The position numbers and the translations under genes are program-made. DNA of 64,000 nt from contig NW_027270939.1 in assembly GCF_040938485.1 (NCBI RefSeq), forward strand, positions 434,001-498,000, written 5' to 3'. Origin of the DNA: Diadema antillarum (Eukaryota). Shown one piece after another: positions 1-12,667 of this stretch; the first letter of the stretch is position 1; each line of letters begins with the position of its first letter. A model generated the notes under the pieces. The model saw nothing but the letters and a program-made list of their open reading frames with translations. It was not told where the DNA came from and ran no database searches.

Positions 1-114
1 ATGGCACAAACTAGTGAGTCAATTTCGCGAGGAGAACTACAAGCTCTTCCAGTTCAACACGACCCCAGTACTAACACTGACGCTAGAGGCTGGTCTGGCC
101 GCCATGAAGACTCC
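1..114 (+). CDS. MAEA: MAEA (CTLH/GID E3 ligase subunit), internal coding exon; begins before the window
   Basis: Frame 2 reads WHKLVSQFREENYKLFQFNTTPVLTLTLEAGLAAMKTP, matching the MAEA C-terminal region (QFRYDNY...LTLQAGLSAIKTP); donor GTATCCTTT at 115. Confidence 0.9.
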
Positions 115-516
115 GTATCCTTTGTGGTTATTGTTATCATCTGCTCATTGTTTGTTCCAGTCTTGGTTAATTGTTATGGAGTACAGGGAACGTTTGATGA
201 TCAGTAGAAAAGCCATATGTGGGACTAGTCAAGATATAGATTGAACCGTTTCCTAACAAAGTGATTTCAAACACCATAAATCAGTTAATTTTGTGAAGAA
301 AGAAGCGAGAAGCATGATTACATTAACTGTTTACAGACCTCAGAAACATCCACACCTATATCTAGGTGTGCAAGAAAACTTGAAATACCTTGAGTGAGAG
401 GTCACTATCCTGCACTCGATGATAAATGTAGAGATTTATCAGGTTTGTAAAGTCTTATATGATTATGAGTGCATATTTTTTCTTGACCATGCCACCCACA
501 CACTTGTAATGTTCAG
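115..516 (+). other. U12-type (minor spliceosome) GT-AG intron of MAEA
   Basis: 5' site GTATCCTTTG matches the U12 consensus; branch-like TTCTTGAC around 480-487; CAG at 514-516; splicing restores the KTP-QCY frame. Confidence 0.8.
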
Positions 517-641
517 ACAATGCTACGCCGATCACGCCAAGAATGCCGATTGCCCAGTATGCAGCAAAAATCTGAATGAGCTAGCCAAGACACTACCCTT
601 CGCCCACTGCGCCCAGTCTAGGCTAGTCTGCTCTATATCAG
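517..641 (+). CDS. MAEA: MAEA coding exon (start of degenerate RING)
   Basis: [41 protein letters not shown]; AG/GT boundaries in phase. Confidence 0.92.
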
Positions 642-1416
642 GTGGGTGTGGAAAGTAGACAGCAAGCCTAATCAACCTCTCCTCAAAATCTGAGAGTTTG
701 ATTGTGATCTTTCACACAGATGTCATACATGTGTGAAATGTGTGAACCAAAAAAAAAATCATGTTCAGCAGTGAGAATTCGATATTGATCCAAATCTCAC
801 ATAAAATAGGAGCAAGTATATGAATTTGCTTTTTTTTTTGGATGGAATTATGCTGATTAGCAGTAAGCTGTTGTGTGAGCACCAAATGGAGTCACAACAT
901 TAATTTTTTTTTTTTTAAATCCCACCCCATCATGCATTGCCACAGCGCACACATGTGTATAAATTTTTTCCACACACTTGAGCAGGGGGGGGGGTCATGG
1001 TCAGGTCAGTGGACATGCATTCTTGTGTGACAGGCAGCGACTAGCAATCTCAACCTCAACAAATAAGTTGCTCTATTTGCTTGTCTGGTTTTTGGCAAGA
1101 AGTATTGATATTTGGACTGCAGTTCAGTCTTCACTTTTTAGATACAAGGTTCTCTGCCATGTTTGAACACCGGCTCACCTTCACCATTGGCTTTATGTGT
1201 GAGTGGGCGTTATACATTGAAATCAGTTAACTCTTTATGTGCCATGTTCACACACACGACGACTCAGTCAATGGCGTGTGCCAAGTTTACATATTTTGCT
1301 CCCATGCACAAGCCCACCCAAACTGATCGATAAATCACCAAATGATGCAGTACAATGAAAGCTTTACTCGTGATGGCATTCCTGTCACATGTAGCTTGCA
1401 TTATGTGGTGATTTAA

Positions 1417-1774
1417 AGGCATAATTTACCATTTGCAGATGAAACAAAAACCCAGCATTAGTGCTTTAAAATAGTTCTAAAATGTGAGAAAGGGATAGAA
1501 ACAACCACTGTAAAAATTTGAATCGGTAAAATCGATGTTAGGTATTGTTGAATATACAAAATGTGAACAATAGTTTAATAAAAATTTTTCCAGACTTAAC
1601 CGTCTACAGTTACGGTTTATAGAGAAAAATACAGATATCTCCTTTTATTTTAGGCTTTATTGCGAAAATTTTGTATGATAGGATTTTTTGTGGTACAACA
1701 GACCTACACATGTGCATTAAATGTCATATCTTGAAAAATTTTTAAATCACTGTTCCCAAAGGTAAACAGCACCT
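1417..1774. mobile_element. Non-autonomous TTAA-flanked DNA element (Kolobok-like ends AGG...CCT)
   Basis: TTAA|AGGCATAATTTACC ... GGTAAACAGCACCT|TTAA; a reverse-oriented copy lies at about 55905-56270. Confidence 0.6.
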
Positions 1775-2278
1775 TTAATATCAGGCTGTGTTCCCAATTG
1801 GATTTGCAAATAAATTCAAAGTTTCTGCCACTGTTTTTGTGTACAAAAGTCATGCTTAAGGACAATATAGTAGCTACTGATCATTTGAAAGAGAAATAAC
1901 CATAGATTTGTCATAAAATTTTATACATCATAGCAAATTTTGTCTACAACTTTACTCATTGCATGTCCAGTGTGACAAAAATCTATACAAAGTTACTTGG
2001 ACCTGAAAACATAATGTTTTCCCAAAGCATGCCTATGTGGCAGTCTCAGAAATGTGTGGCACACAGGGGCTTACGCTGTGGTGCATAAGGAGTAAATACA
2101 GTGCTTTCATGTGTGTTATATGAGTTCACTTGAATTAGAAAGGACCCTGCTCTGTCTACAGTTTGTGCCGCAACTGCAGGCAACAAATTTATATTTTGGT
2201 CACCATCATGAACCTCACAATATTTCTTGTTGCACATGAGTTTCAATAGTCCTAACCCTTTTAATATTTCCTTTGCAG

Positions 2279-2343
2279 GGCACGTCATGAATGAACACAA
2301 CCCACCGATGATGTTACCCAATGGTTATGTTTATGGAGAAAAA
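2279..2343 (+). CDS. MAEA: MAEA coding exon
   Basis: GHVMNEHNPPMMLPNGYVYGEK; ttgcag acceptor, gtaagt donor. Confidence 0.92.
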
Positions 2344-3391
2344 GTAAGTGGGAACAGTGCTATCTCAGTTTATGAACTTATTGGAGTGGGGGGAATTTAA
2401 AGATGGCCCTTCCCTTTTGGATTCCTTCCCGAATAGCACAGAACATGATATATTCCACCAGAATGACAAGACTATTGTAAATCTATAACATTTCTGTGAT
2501 ATTTGAAGGTTTTTAGCTGTTAAAATTCAAATAATGCACCAAACGCTCATCGTAACGTATTCTGTGTACTAGGCACAGCTGCATACATTAATCCTCCTGT
2601 GGTTGTAATATGAAACTTATACTTCGAACAACAGATATGCACGTTAAAGCTGTCAGAAAAGAAGAATTCACTAGCTTCTCTTACTTTGTTATCAATGGCA
2701 AATAACAACACACCACTTACATGAACTACATGTACAACTCAGTGCATCACACAGGTCTGTAAAACTAGACTAGTATTTATATTTGCAATTTTTGCGAAGT
2801 TCGCAAAAATTATTCAAATCTTAACGGTCAATTTAACTAAACAAATAAAGACCCTCTTGAGTTCAAAATATACAGGAGGTTTCCAAATAGTGTTTTCTTC
2901 AATACCTAAGTGTTCTCACCAATTTTGTCAAAGATTTGCATGCAAAAGGGATTGGCTGTCTTTAAAGGTCAATGGTTCAAGGTCAGCACTCTAAGAAAGT
3001 ATGGAATATCACACTTCACCCAATATCTCAAGAGACATTACATGAAATTCATCAAATTGGGGTCAACAAGTTCTTGTGATAGGACTAACCATAGCATAAA
3101 CTGACAACAATACAATCTACAATGGCAATAAACAAGAATCCTGAAAGCTGATTGGCTGTTGCTACTGCAAATTTCTTCATCTGATTCATTAACTTCTATC
3201 TTCTATTTATTCCCTTCTGTTGCACCACATCTGTGGACTTCTCTACCAATCCTACATCTGAATTGTAACAACCTCAATACCTTCAAATCTGAACTGAAGA
3301 CCCGTTTTCCAGCTACTTTGTGAATGATCATGATTAGTGACACATTGTGGAATGTTTGTACAGATAAGTGGCTCAGCTATATAAATGCTAT

Positions 3392-3392
<1 letters not shown>

Positions 3393-3424
<32 letters not shown>

Positions 3425-3436
3425 GTCATCATCATC
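3393..3436. repeat. (TCA)n microsatellite
   Basis: Direct reading. Confidence 0.95.
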
Positions 3437-3642
3437 TTTAGCATATAAAATCCAACATGGATCTCCTTATATAAAACTGTTAGAAATTAGTGATAAACTA
3501 AACGTCTGAAAGTGAACTGTTTTGGTAATTTACGTGAGAGAGACCCAGTGAAATTCAGTCAAAATTGATGACTAACAGTCAGAATGATTTATGGAGATTA
3601 TCACTGTATGATTTTTGCTAGTGCAACATGAAAATGACAATA

Positions 3643-4722
3643 GCCGCATTTACACTTACTAACATCGCGATTTTTAAAATCGCGATATTTTGGTCCACCG
3701 TTTACACTTGCGCAAAAGCACGCGAAGTTTTAGCTTCACGAAACATCGCGATTTTTTGGTCGGTAGTGCGCATGCGTAATTTACCTGTTTTCAACACGGT
3801 AGCTGATTGGAAGCGCGCGCTATTCTGTTCGTTTTCACTGCAGTGCAGTATATTTTGATCACAGCTGGCTGGTTGGAACGTTGAGCCAGGGCTTTTTATC
3901 ACATCAGTACAATGCACACATAAATTTGTGCTTCTCGAGACTGTTTACTTACGGTAAAACTATGTAGCTTGCTATATTAGATCACGTACGTAGTAGGTGT
4001 GTAAAACTTCTTCTACAGCAGCATTCAGGAGGATCATGAAATTTCGCCGATATGACGAAAGTGGGAAGTAAGACTTGGAAGTTAGGACTGGTATTTTATC
4101 AGGCGACAGCAAGAACTTACACTTGTTACGTACTCCTGAGTCCTGTATTCCACAAACAACGTATATATATCGAGAGCAGTACGGGCACTCCCACAATCTG
4201 AATCAACGCATTTCTGGGAGAACATTATTTTGTTTAGTTGTCATGGGGTGATGATACGTGTTTGGAGAACTTCAGGTTTGCTACCAGTAGTAGTTTTCAC
4301 GTACAGTGTACTAGTTTCATCAGGGAGGGGGAGGTGAGAGACCACGAGCCGACCGAGAATCGGCCGTTTAGACCTGTGGCTGTACACAGCTGTCTTTCCC
4401 GTGTACTAGTACAGTACTCTCCTGCTGGCCAGTGACCGACGTGCTCTCTACACGTTCCAAAGAGGGATCGGGAGCGCGCGTAAACTCCCAGTGCAATCCG
4501 ATACCGAGAGTCACGTGATGAAAAATCGCGATATTTTTGCAGCTTGGGTTTACACTCGCTAACTTCGCCTCAAACTTCGCGATGTTTCAAAAAATCGCAC
4601 TCCGGCTGGCGATTTTTCTGGCGATGTTTCGAGGGCGTTTGGGTGTAGTTGCTTAGCAACTTACACCCAAATGTCGCGATTTTAGAAAAATCGCGATTTT
4701 TCCATGCAAGTGTAAATGGGCC
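3643..4722. mobile_element. Non-autonomous TIR element (Harbinger-like terminal motif) in MAEA intron
   Basis: Ends GCCGCATTTACACTT / AAGTGTAAATGGGCC, TA on both flanks, many subterminal AAAATCGCGATTTT palindromes. Confidence 0.6.
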
Positions 4723-4830
4723 TATTGTTAGACAAGACTGCTATGCATTTGTATGATTAATTGGAGCAGTCACTGTTCTTATGTCTGCTGTCTCTCTCTC
4801 TCTCTCTCTGTTTTTATTCCCCCTTGGCAG

Positions 4831-4932
4831 TCTCTACTGGCTCTAGCTGCTGAAAACGACGGCAAAGTCACCTGTCCAAAGACCAAGAAGACGTATTCCT
4901 TTGATGAACTGGAGAAAGTTTTCATCATGTGA
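4831..4932 (+). CDS. MAEA: MAEA terminal coding exon
   Basis: SLLALAAENDGKVTCPKTKKTYSFDELEKVFIM-stop, like the MAEA C-terminus (VCPRTKEVF...EKVYIM). Confidence 0.92.
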   Translation, partial: SLLALAAENDGKVTCPKTKKTYSFDELEKVFIM

Positions 4933-7037
4933 ATGCACCTGCGATGTGCATGGCATTAGTTAGATAGGCTGCAAATTGTCTTTTATGCCTCTGTTTGTTC
5001 TCGTTTTTGTCTCTTTTTTTTTTTTTGAAAGCTGTCCGTTTCATGTGACAAATGATGGCAACAAATGCAGAGAAAAAAAAAAATGCATAGTTGTTGTGCA
5101 CCCTACGGCAAAGATCGCTGCATTTGCATTCTGGTGTCCAAATCGTATGTGTGTATGGAACTTGCCTCAACAGATGGATGTATGATTGTCCACAAACTAA
5201 TGTACAAAGATCATATGCACAAACTAAACTTAGCCAGAGCCCATCCAGGTAATCTTTTCATGTGCCACGCCGGAGAAATCCCCGCCAAAGACAACTGATG
5301 ATCAAGATACTTGCTACATGCACTGAATAGTAGGTGTAGTGAAGTCTGTGGTTAATATTCTGCAATGAATAATACGCAGCTACTATTGTATAAGGTCTAT
5401 TGAATTTGAAATACAAAAAGCCTTGTGTAGGGCAGTTGAACAAACAAATGAGTAGATAAGGCATAAGCATCAAATATTGTAACTGGATTTGGGGAGATAT
5501 AGAAAGATTAGCCGGCTTATGTGTGATAACTGCACACAGTGAACTATCATTGCAACACAATATTCAAGCTCCGTTTCTCCCATGTTTATTTTGAATAGTG
5601 CCGGATACTGTGGTAGGCTTTGTGAAATCTTTGTGAAGGAGCATGTTACAGAGTGGGTATTACACTGCACACATACATATTTTACTAATATCAGTTTTTT
5701 GTCAATTTTCATCATCTTTTTGTTGTGGAGTCTGCAGAGTTATAAAATGTCACCCTACAGTTGATGGTATGAAAACAACATGATGTGCACAGCTGAGAAG
5801 TCGTGTGTTGCTTAGTGTCAGGGTTTTACGTGCATTCACAATAGAAAAAGAGAAGGCTATAATCCCATACCACCTGCAATTACAACCAACCAACCACATA
5901 CTCACACGTAGTTTTGTACACACAAAACTACACGATTCATGCACAGCACAAGCTTCAATCCTAGTTTTTCCACTGCTCAAGAATCGATGATGATACAGTT
6001 TGAGCAGTTCTGTGACCTTGCAATGATGCTCAGTGTACGCGATTAAACATTCATGTATAAGCATGTGCACACGCAGACAGACAGACATGCGCATGCATGT
6101 ATGCATGCACAAATTTGTATGGCTGCAACATTTTTGGACAATTCAAAAGCATGCATATGTTATGCATTTATATTAAAAAAACATGGTTCAACATCAAGTA
6201 ATGAAGTAAGTTTTTTTTGTTATCTCTTCTCAACAGTAAATTCAGTATTTCCAATTGGAGCTGAAATAGTTTTGAAAAATAGCAGTGCTTTGTATAGTGA
6301 AAGGGAAGTAATATTAACCAAATCTTGTTCAAATTTTAACAGTATTCAGACACCTTGTCACAATATCTTCTCTGACGTCACTGGCTGCCAAGAAACAGGT
6401 CAGTCGTGTATGCCAACATTATGGATGTAGCTAGGAAGAATATACTGTTAATGTGGAATACTTTGAAGTGTTGATATTTTTGCGCTCTACTGAACCAGTG
6501 TGCAAATAAAAACATGCAAATATTTTTGCGAGACATGAAAATATGTACAGAAATACTGTCAGCAGTGATATTGTAAACAAGTGAAATCCACCTACAATGC
6601 CCCAATGAAAGAAGAAAAAAATGAAACAAAACAAAGAAACAAAATATAACATCTGGACAGTTATGTCGCTGTGAATACTTTCTTTATTCCTATTTCAAGG
6701 GAGCTGCTGGCTCCCTGTTACAAGCTGGCCAGTAAGAAGGTTCATTTCTCTGTTTATAATGAATACTCTTGTTACGTTTCTAGCATGCAAAAATATAGAC
6801 GTCTGTGTTGACGAAAGCAGTGTGTTGCATGCGTGCAATCTGTGCTGCCTATTAAAGGCGTACAGGTTATTCATGCAATCAGTGCCGTAGATAGCCAGTG
6901 AATGGCTAGAAAATATCTTTTCAGGGATGAATTAAACACATTTATAAAGCCATGATGTCCGTGCTTTCTCAGAATTTGTATGACACCACCAGGTACATAT
7001 ATGGGGATATATTGAGCAGGCAGTAACTGACATTATA

Positions 7038-7424
7038 CATGGCTCGACACTAACTTTTTTGTTTGGTGGCCCGATGGGAAAAAAACCCCAATAAAAACAT
7101 TAAAAGTCCTGTTTTTTTTAATGAGTCAAATATTTAAGTTTTATGAGAGTAAGAATTAGAAATTGTACATATCTACTCATAAATAAACTTCAACAAACTT
7201 GCAACACTCACTTTCAGGCATTCATTCAGTCCTTTTCATCCATCCTTTAAACAAATTTAACTGCTAATTTCCGGCGCAAAAAGTTACGAATTTATTGACA
7301 TACTTTTAAAAGATTTTGGTGGCCCGAGGCGGGCCACCAAATTTGCCGTTTTTTGAAATTTGGTGGCCCGACTTTCATTTTTGGTGGCCCTGGGCCACCG
7401 GGCCACCGTTAGTGTTGAGCCCTG
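7038..7424. mobile_element. CAGGG-ended MITE (hAT/P-like)
   Basis: CATGGCTCGACACTAAC ... GTTAGTGTTGAGCCCTG flanked by direct repeat CATTATA. Confidence 0.65.
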
Positions 7425-8643
7425 CATTATAAAACAGTATTACTTTGTGGTATTATATGCAGGTACATGTTTGATCAAACATGTTTGTTGTCTGAATCGG
7501 GACAAATGTGAAAACATGCCGTCAACTCTGCACAGGGCGGAGTCACACCAATCAAATATCTGCCCAAGTCAAGGTATATTCTCGGACCAAAACATGAAAG
7601 GTGTGTGTTCATGGCGCCATGCGAGTCGAGTATTGCCTCATCTGTAAGGGTAATTCTCTAGTCCAAGTGGATTCTAGTTAAGCAGCAGCATTGACTGTCC
7701 TGCATTTGTTGATCTGGTCCGCCTGTCTATGGGAAGAATGTATCTTTATTTTGTAGTGATACATAATGGCGACAAGAAAGGAATGGGAAAACATAATTCC
7801 ACAAAACTTTGCGGTGTAAATGTTGTGTCCCGTTACTGGATCCCAGAGTTCTAGTCCCAGTTGAAGATGTTGACATTTCTTGTTTGTTTTTTTGACATTT
7901 AGGGAAGAGGCATGAGAAATCCACACATTGTCAAACTGTACAATGTATGTGTGAGTCATTGATCTGTCTTTTTGATTTAGTAATGAATACAACACTGTCG
8001 CACTGATCATTCCTGAGAAATGTTTGACTTGAATGTTTATCGGTAGTTTAAAGTCCATGAAAGGTGTGCTGCAATGCCCTCATCGCACAGAATCCTATCA
8101 CTTTGCAATTTCTGTTGGGATATAATGATTACATTTACATTTGTGTTTTTCACTTGTCTTTTGAATGTGACGAGCAGATGAATGACAGTATTGTGTTGTT
8201 GTCGTTGACATTGCCAATCAGTTAATAGCAATATCATCTGGTGAGATCTCAAACTTCCACAGGGATGGCCGATGTTGAGCTCTTTGAAACAATCCTCGGC
8301 CAAAGATGCTTGCATCGTTTGACTCCCGATTGAGTAGAAAGCTGTGTCCCAAGTTAAGCACTTTCTCATCTTTAGGGCTGGCCTTTGACAAGTGGTTCAT
8401 TGTTATTGTTTATACACAGTTGTATATAGTTTTAACTCTTCAGGATTCATATTAATGACTGGAAACCAGTTATTTGTTAGTGATTACACTTTTGACAGTT
8501 GCACTCAATCACTCTCCAAGTATGTTTGAGTTGTTTGTTTGTTTGTTGTTGTTGTTTGTTTGTTTGTTTTTTTTTTGGGGGGGGGGGGAGGGTGAGGGTG
8601 TATTGTCAAGGGGAATAAGTCAAGATACAGGATATTGCAGCTA

Positions 8644-9197
8644 CAGTTAAACCTGCCTATAGCGGCCACCCAAGGGAAACGAAAAAAGTGGCCGTTATAG
8701 ACAGCTGGTCGCTATAGACAGGTAATCCAACTTTATGTGCATTGCCTATACATGTACATTATATCATCGTTGGCTACATCGATAAGTATTTAATGTACAT
8801 GTACATGCGTAAGTATACACACGTGTGTTTCATGCATTGAACAATGCCGGTGTTTATGAAATTGTTGCACAGTAGCATGTGTACAGTAGTGAACAAAACT
8901 TAACACTAGTGCATTATTATGACTGAATAAGTGATGAATGCAGCAGTGGCCATCACTGAACGTTGCCCATGAATATCTGGCAAGGCCACAAATCAGAAAA
9001 ACATGCTGAATTACCGGCTCTGTGGCCGCTATAGACAGGTTAAAATCTACCGCGGGAAACAAAATTTGTGGCCGCTGGCCGCGTTAGACAGGTGGCCGCT
9101 ATACACAGGGTCTTTAACAGGGCTTTTCTCGGGGGGGGGGGGGGGGGGATTTTTCAGTGGCCGCTATAGACAGGTGGCCGCCAAGGCAGGTTTGACT
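8644..9197. mobile_element. Tc1/pogo-like MITE with internal GGCCGCTATAGACAGGT repeats
   Basis: TA|CAGTTAAACCTGCC ... GGCAGGTTTGACT; the right half is also present at about 31940-32120. Confidence 0.6.
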
Positions 9198-9787
9198 ACG
9201 GTATTTAGGGATGGGACTGGTACCCTGCGACTGATCTGAACATTACAGTGAGCAACAATGGGGAATTGTTGATATTGGTACAATGATATTACAGCAAGGA
9301 ACAACCTCAACGGTAAGTCTTATTGATCTCAGAGGCAAGACTTTCCCCATACGTGAGCAGTGGATTTGTAATGTGGCCCTCCGAGGGTCAGTTGATGCTG
9401 AAATCTCTCTTGATTGATGTCGTAATGCTTCCTGTTAAACTTGCCACGTGTTTATGAAGTGTGAAGTCTTGCATGTGTTTCGTATTTGTCTTCACATTTA
9501 CCTGCACTTTTCCGATATCAAATCCAATCAGCAAATCTGGTGTAAGTTGATCTTATTATAAACCTTCTCTGCTACAATGTATGTCGGTGCTTTCTGAAAT
9601 GCCGTATTAGCACACATTATTGAAATACAGTAGTAGTCGACTGTCCTATGAAGTGAGATGTTTTGCGAGTGGGAACCCCGCTTGTTTGTTGTTTCCATCC
9701 TGGTGGACTTGATGGGTGATGATACATGTAGAATGTACATCAAATCTGTTATACCAGTCACACATCACAACCAATATAGGTCAAGTA

Positions 9788-10119
9788 CAGGGCCGGCGCA
9801 GTGTTTTCAAAAGTGTGGGGGCCCACTTCCGGGTTTCATGAGCTAACAAGCAAAAAAAAATAAAATAAAAGGTCCTCAGCTCATTCTCTCCCCCCCATTT
9901 CCGGGTGTTATAAAAAAAAAAAGGTCTTCAGAGAAAACACATAACCTTACCGCCGCCATACTTCAAGATCTCTATTTCTATTATAATGCCACTTCTGTAC
10001 TTCCGGGTTGAAAAAAGTGTGGGGGCCCAAAGTGATGACACCTTATGTATTCCTTTGTATGGTGCACAAAATGTGTGGGGGCCTGAGCCCCCACGGCCCC
10101 CATGGCTGCGCCGGCCCTG
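9788..10119. mobile_element. CAGGG-ended MITE
   Basis: 14-bp TIR CAGGGCCGGCGCAG / CTGCGCCGGCCCTG; AAGTA on both flanks. Confidence 0.65.
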
Positions 10120-12331
10120 AAGTATGCCAGATAATTTTATTGTGTGCATTTTTTTTTTCAGGCATATAAATGTTAAACAAGAAAATAAAACTTAAGGTAT
10201 TAGTTTTCTTCATAACATCAGATGTGTCTATTGTCTTCATATTTTTGATAGATAACGCAATCAACTGGAAATGCAGACTTAAAGGACAATGGCTGAATAA
10301 AGCATTTTTTTGTTTGTGTGTGTGTGTGTGTCTCTGTGCCGTGTATGATGTTCAATGAATGGCTGCATGTACATGCCATGTGCCTAGATGGCTACAGGTG
10401 TCTCTCGTCATACAACCAAAGCGTATGTGTGAGTGTATGGCAGGCAGACTGCGTAATTGTGCGTCTTTGTGCCTTGTTCGCCTTGTCATAAACCACACTG
10501 AAATAGAGTTGCTCTCATGTCAGAATACATAGCATTGTTGCATCATTGAAAGATAGTCTTGAGTGGGAACAGGCGCGTGGTTCCAACTAACAGATTTTTT
10601 TACCCACTTTCATTTTTGTTTTCTCTTCGTTTTTGGTTTTGGTTTTTCAGTGGCAGACTGTAAGTGTGAACTTTGTGTAATGACCATCAAGCTGTGAATA
10701 TTTGTTTTCCATTCAGACGATTTTGAAGTGTCACGGTGGATTAGTAAAGACTAGTCAAAAAGAACAATAATACAACAAATGTCTTATAATAACAAAGTAC
10801 TTTTTTGGTTCCCTATGTTTCTTTATGGTTGTTTTTCAAATCCTGGTAAACAAAGTTTTGATACAGTATTAAAAATGATTTGACTTTTGGCAGCAAGTTT
10901 ACTGTAATGTTTAATGACTGGAACTGCTTTTTGCTGTTATATCTTAATGAAATCAATATAATTTTTTGTTTGTATTCCAAGTGTCTTGTATAATTTTAAG
11001 ACTGTAGAGTAGCTGTGTAACTCCTGCTGAATTATTTAGTTATTGATCATCAGTTGAATAATGTATCATGCCCTGTGTGACCAAAAAAAGTAACTTCTCT
11101 GAATGGTACTGTGGCATTGTTGGTTCAAGGTGGGACTTTGTCTCATGAAATGATGGCACGTCATGATTATGCATAGTCAGATGATGTGTGTAGACTTCCA
11201 GAAAAGAATTGTTATGACTGAGGTTGACATCGTACCCAATTTTTAAATGTACATGGCATGGAATGCACTCTTTTTGTGTGGACATGCTTTGTTATCCCCC
11301 TGCCCACCTCCCAGCAAAAACAAAGGCCTGAATTCACTAAGGTGGTTTACATTTAAACCATTGATAATGCAAATTTCTTCTGCGTAAATACCATTGACAG
11401 ATTGTGTACACCCAACAGACGCCTAGAAAGAAACACACAATTGATATGCGAATGTCAAAGATACGCCTATTTCACACTTACTGTAGACTATTGTCTAAAA
11501 CTTGTACCATGCTCGAAGTATAAACCACCTTTGTGATTTTGGGCCAAAGAGTTTAGACAGTGCATTAATGACGCAAGATTGATTCAACGATCGTTTCGAA
11601 CTAGCAAATTTATCAGTAACCTCTTTGGATTATGGGCTCTGTAATGAGATCACCAAAATATTCAACAACAGTATTGAAATATTGAAATGCATGTGTATGT
11701 GAATAGCAAGAGAATACTCACAGCTCCATTTTTGAAAGTGGATGCTAAATAATGCTCACCGATCTACAATGTCACCTTTCTATGGTGCTGCTTGAGTTAA
11801 ATACAGTGTATGACAATCTTTTGAAGTACTTGAAAATTTAAATCATCTATTGCAGAGTTGCCCACTATGCCCCATTCTGGCAACATTGTATTTTTAATGT
11901 GCTATTAGGAGAAAGTCACTCGAGTTCAGGTATCTTGTGGGAAGATTACATAACATAGACATGTACTGTAGATATACCCCTGTTTAAATTTGGATATTAT
12001 TGAGTGTTCTTCCATGGTGACTAATAATTCGACTAGACCATGTAATCCTTCTTGTGTTATGTTTGTGTGATTCACAACCTTTGTTTGGCGTGCCACTCAT
12101 CAAATGTTAAAGTATTAATACGTTGTAGTATGGTATGAGGAGAATGACTTGGTTGAAGGAGAAAACAGAAAATTTTTGATCAGTCTGTTTGGGGAAGAAA
12201 ATAGAATTGGAATCTGAATGTTTCGGGGGAACAGAGAATCAGAGCAGAAGCGAATAGATGTAGAGACCAATGTGATGAAGATGAAGAAACCATTCTTGTT
12301 GTAGAGGTGATGATATTGTGGGTGATTTATA

Positions 12332-12667
12332 CCCCTTTCATAAACTCAATTATGCGGATAATATGCGCATAATTTGGTCGTAAAATCGGAGCGGGGCAAG
12401 AATTATCCACTTTTTTTAAACGCTTCTATTATCCGCATAATAGCAGCATCGGGACCAGATTTGGAGTTTGTGAACGCAAATCCAAAATTATGCGGATAAT
12501 TGCCGGGGTGCGGTCAAAAGGTCACCTGTCTTTCCCGCACGCGTCACCATGACGATTATCCGCCTTGTGCTAAGTGCGGATAATTTTCAGAGTTTGTAAA
12601 CGCATTTTTTATAGAAATGTCCTCATAATTCTTAGGCTGATATTGGAGGATGAGTTTATAGAAAGGG
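12332..12667. mobile_element. MITE with internal TTATGCGGATAAT repeats
   Basis: TA|CCCCTTTCATAAACTCA ... TGAGTTTATAGAAAGGG|TA. Confidence 0.5.

Noticed and set aside
9200-9760. Minus-strand traces resembling an RTE-type endonuclease (CANTAFQK...HQI)
   Set aside because: Too degenerate to call without alignment
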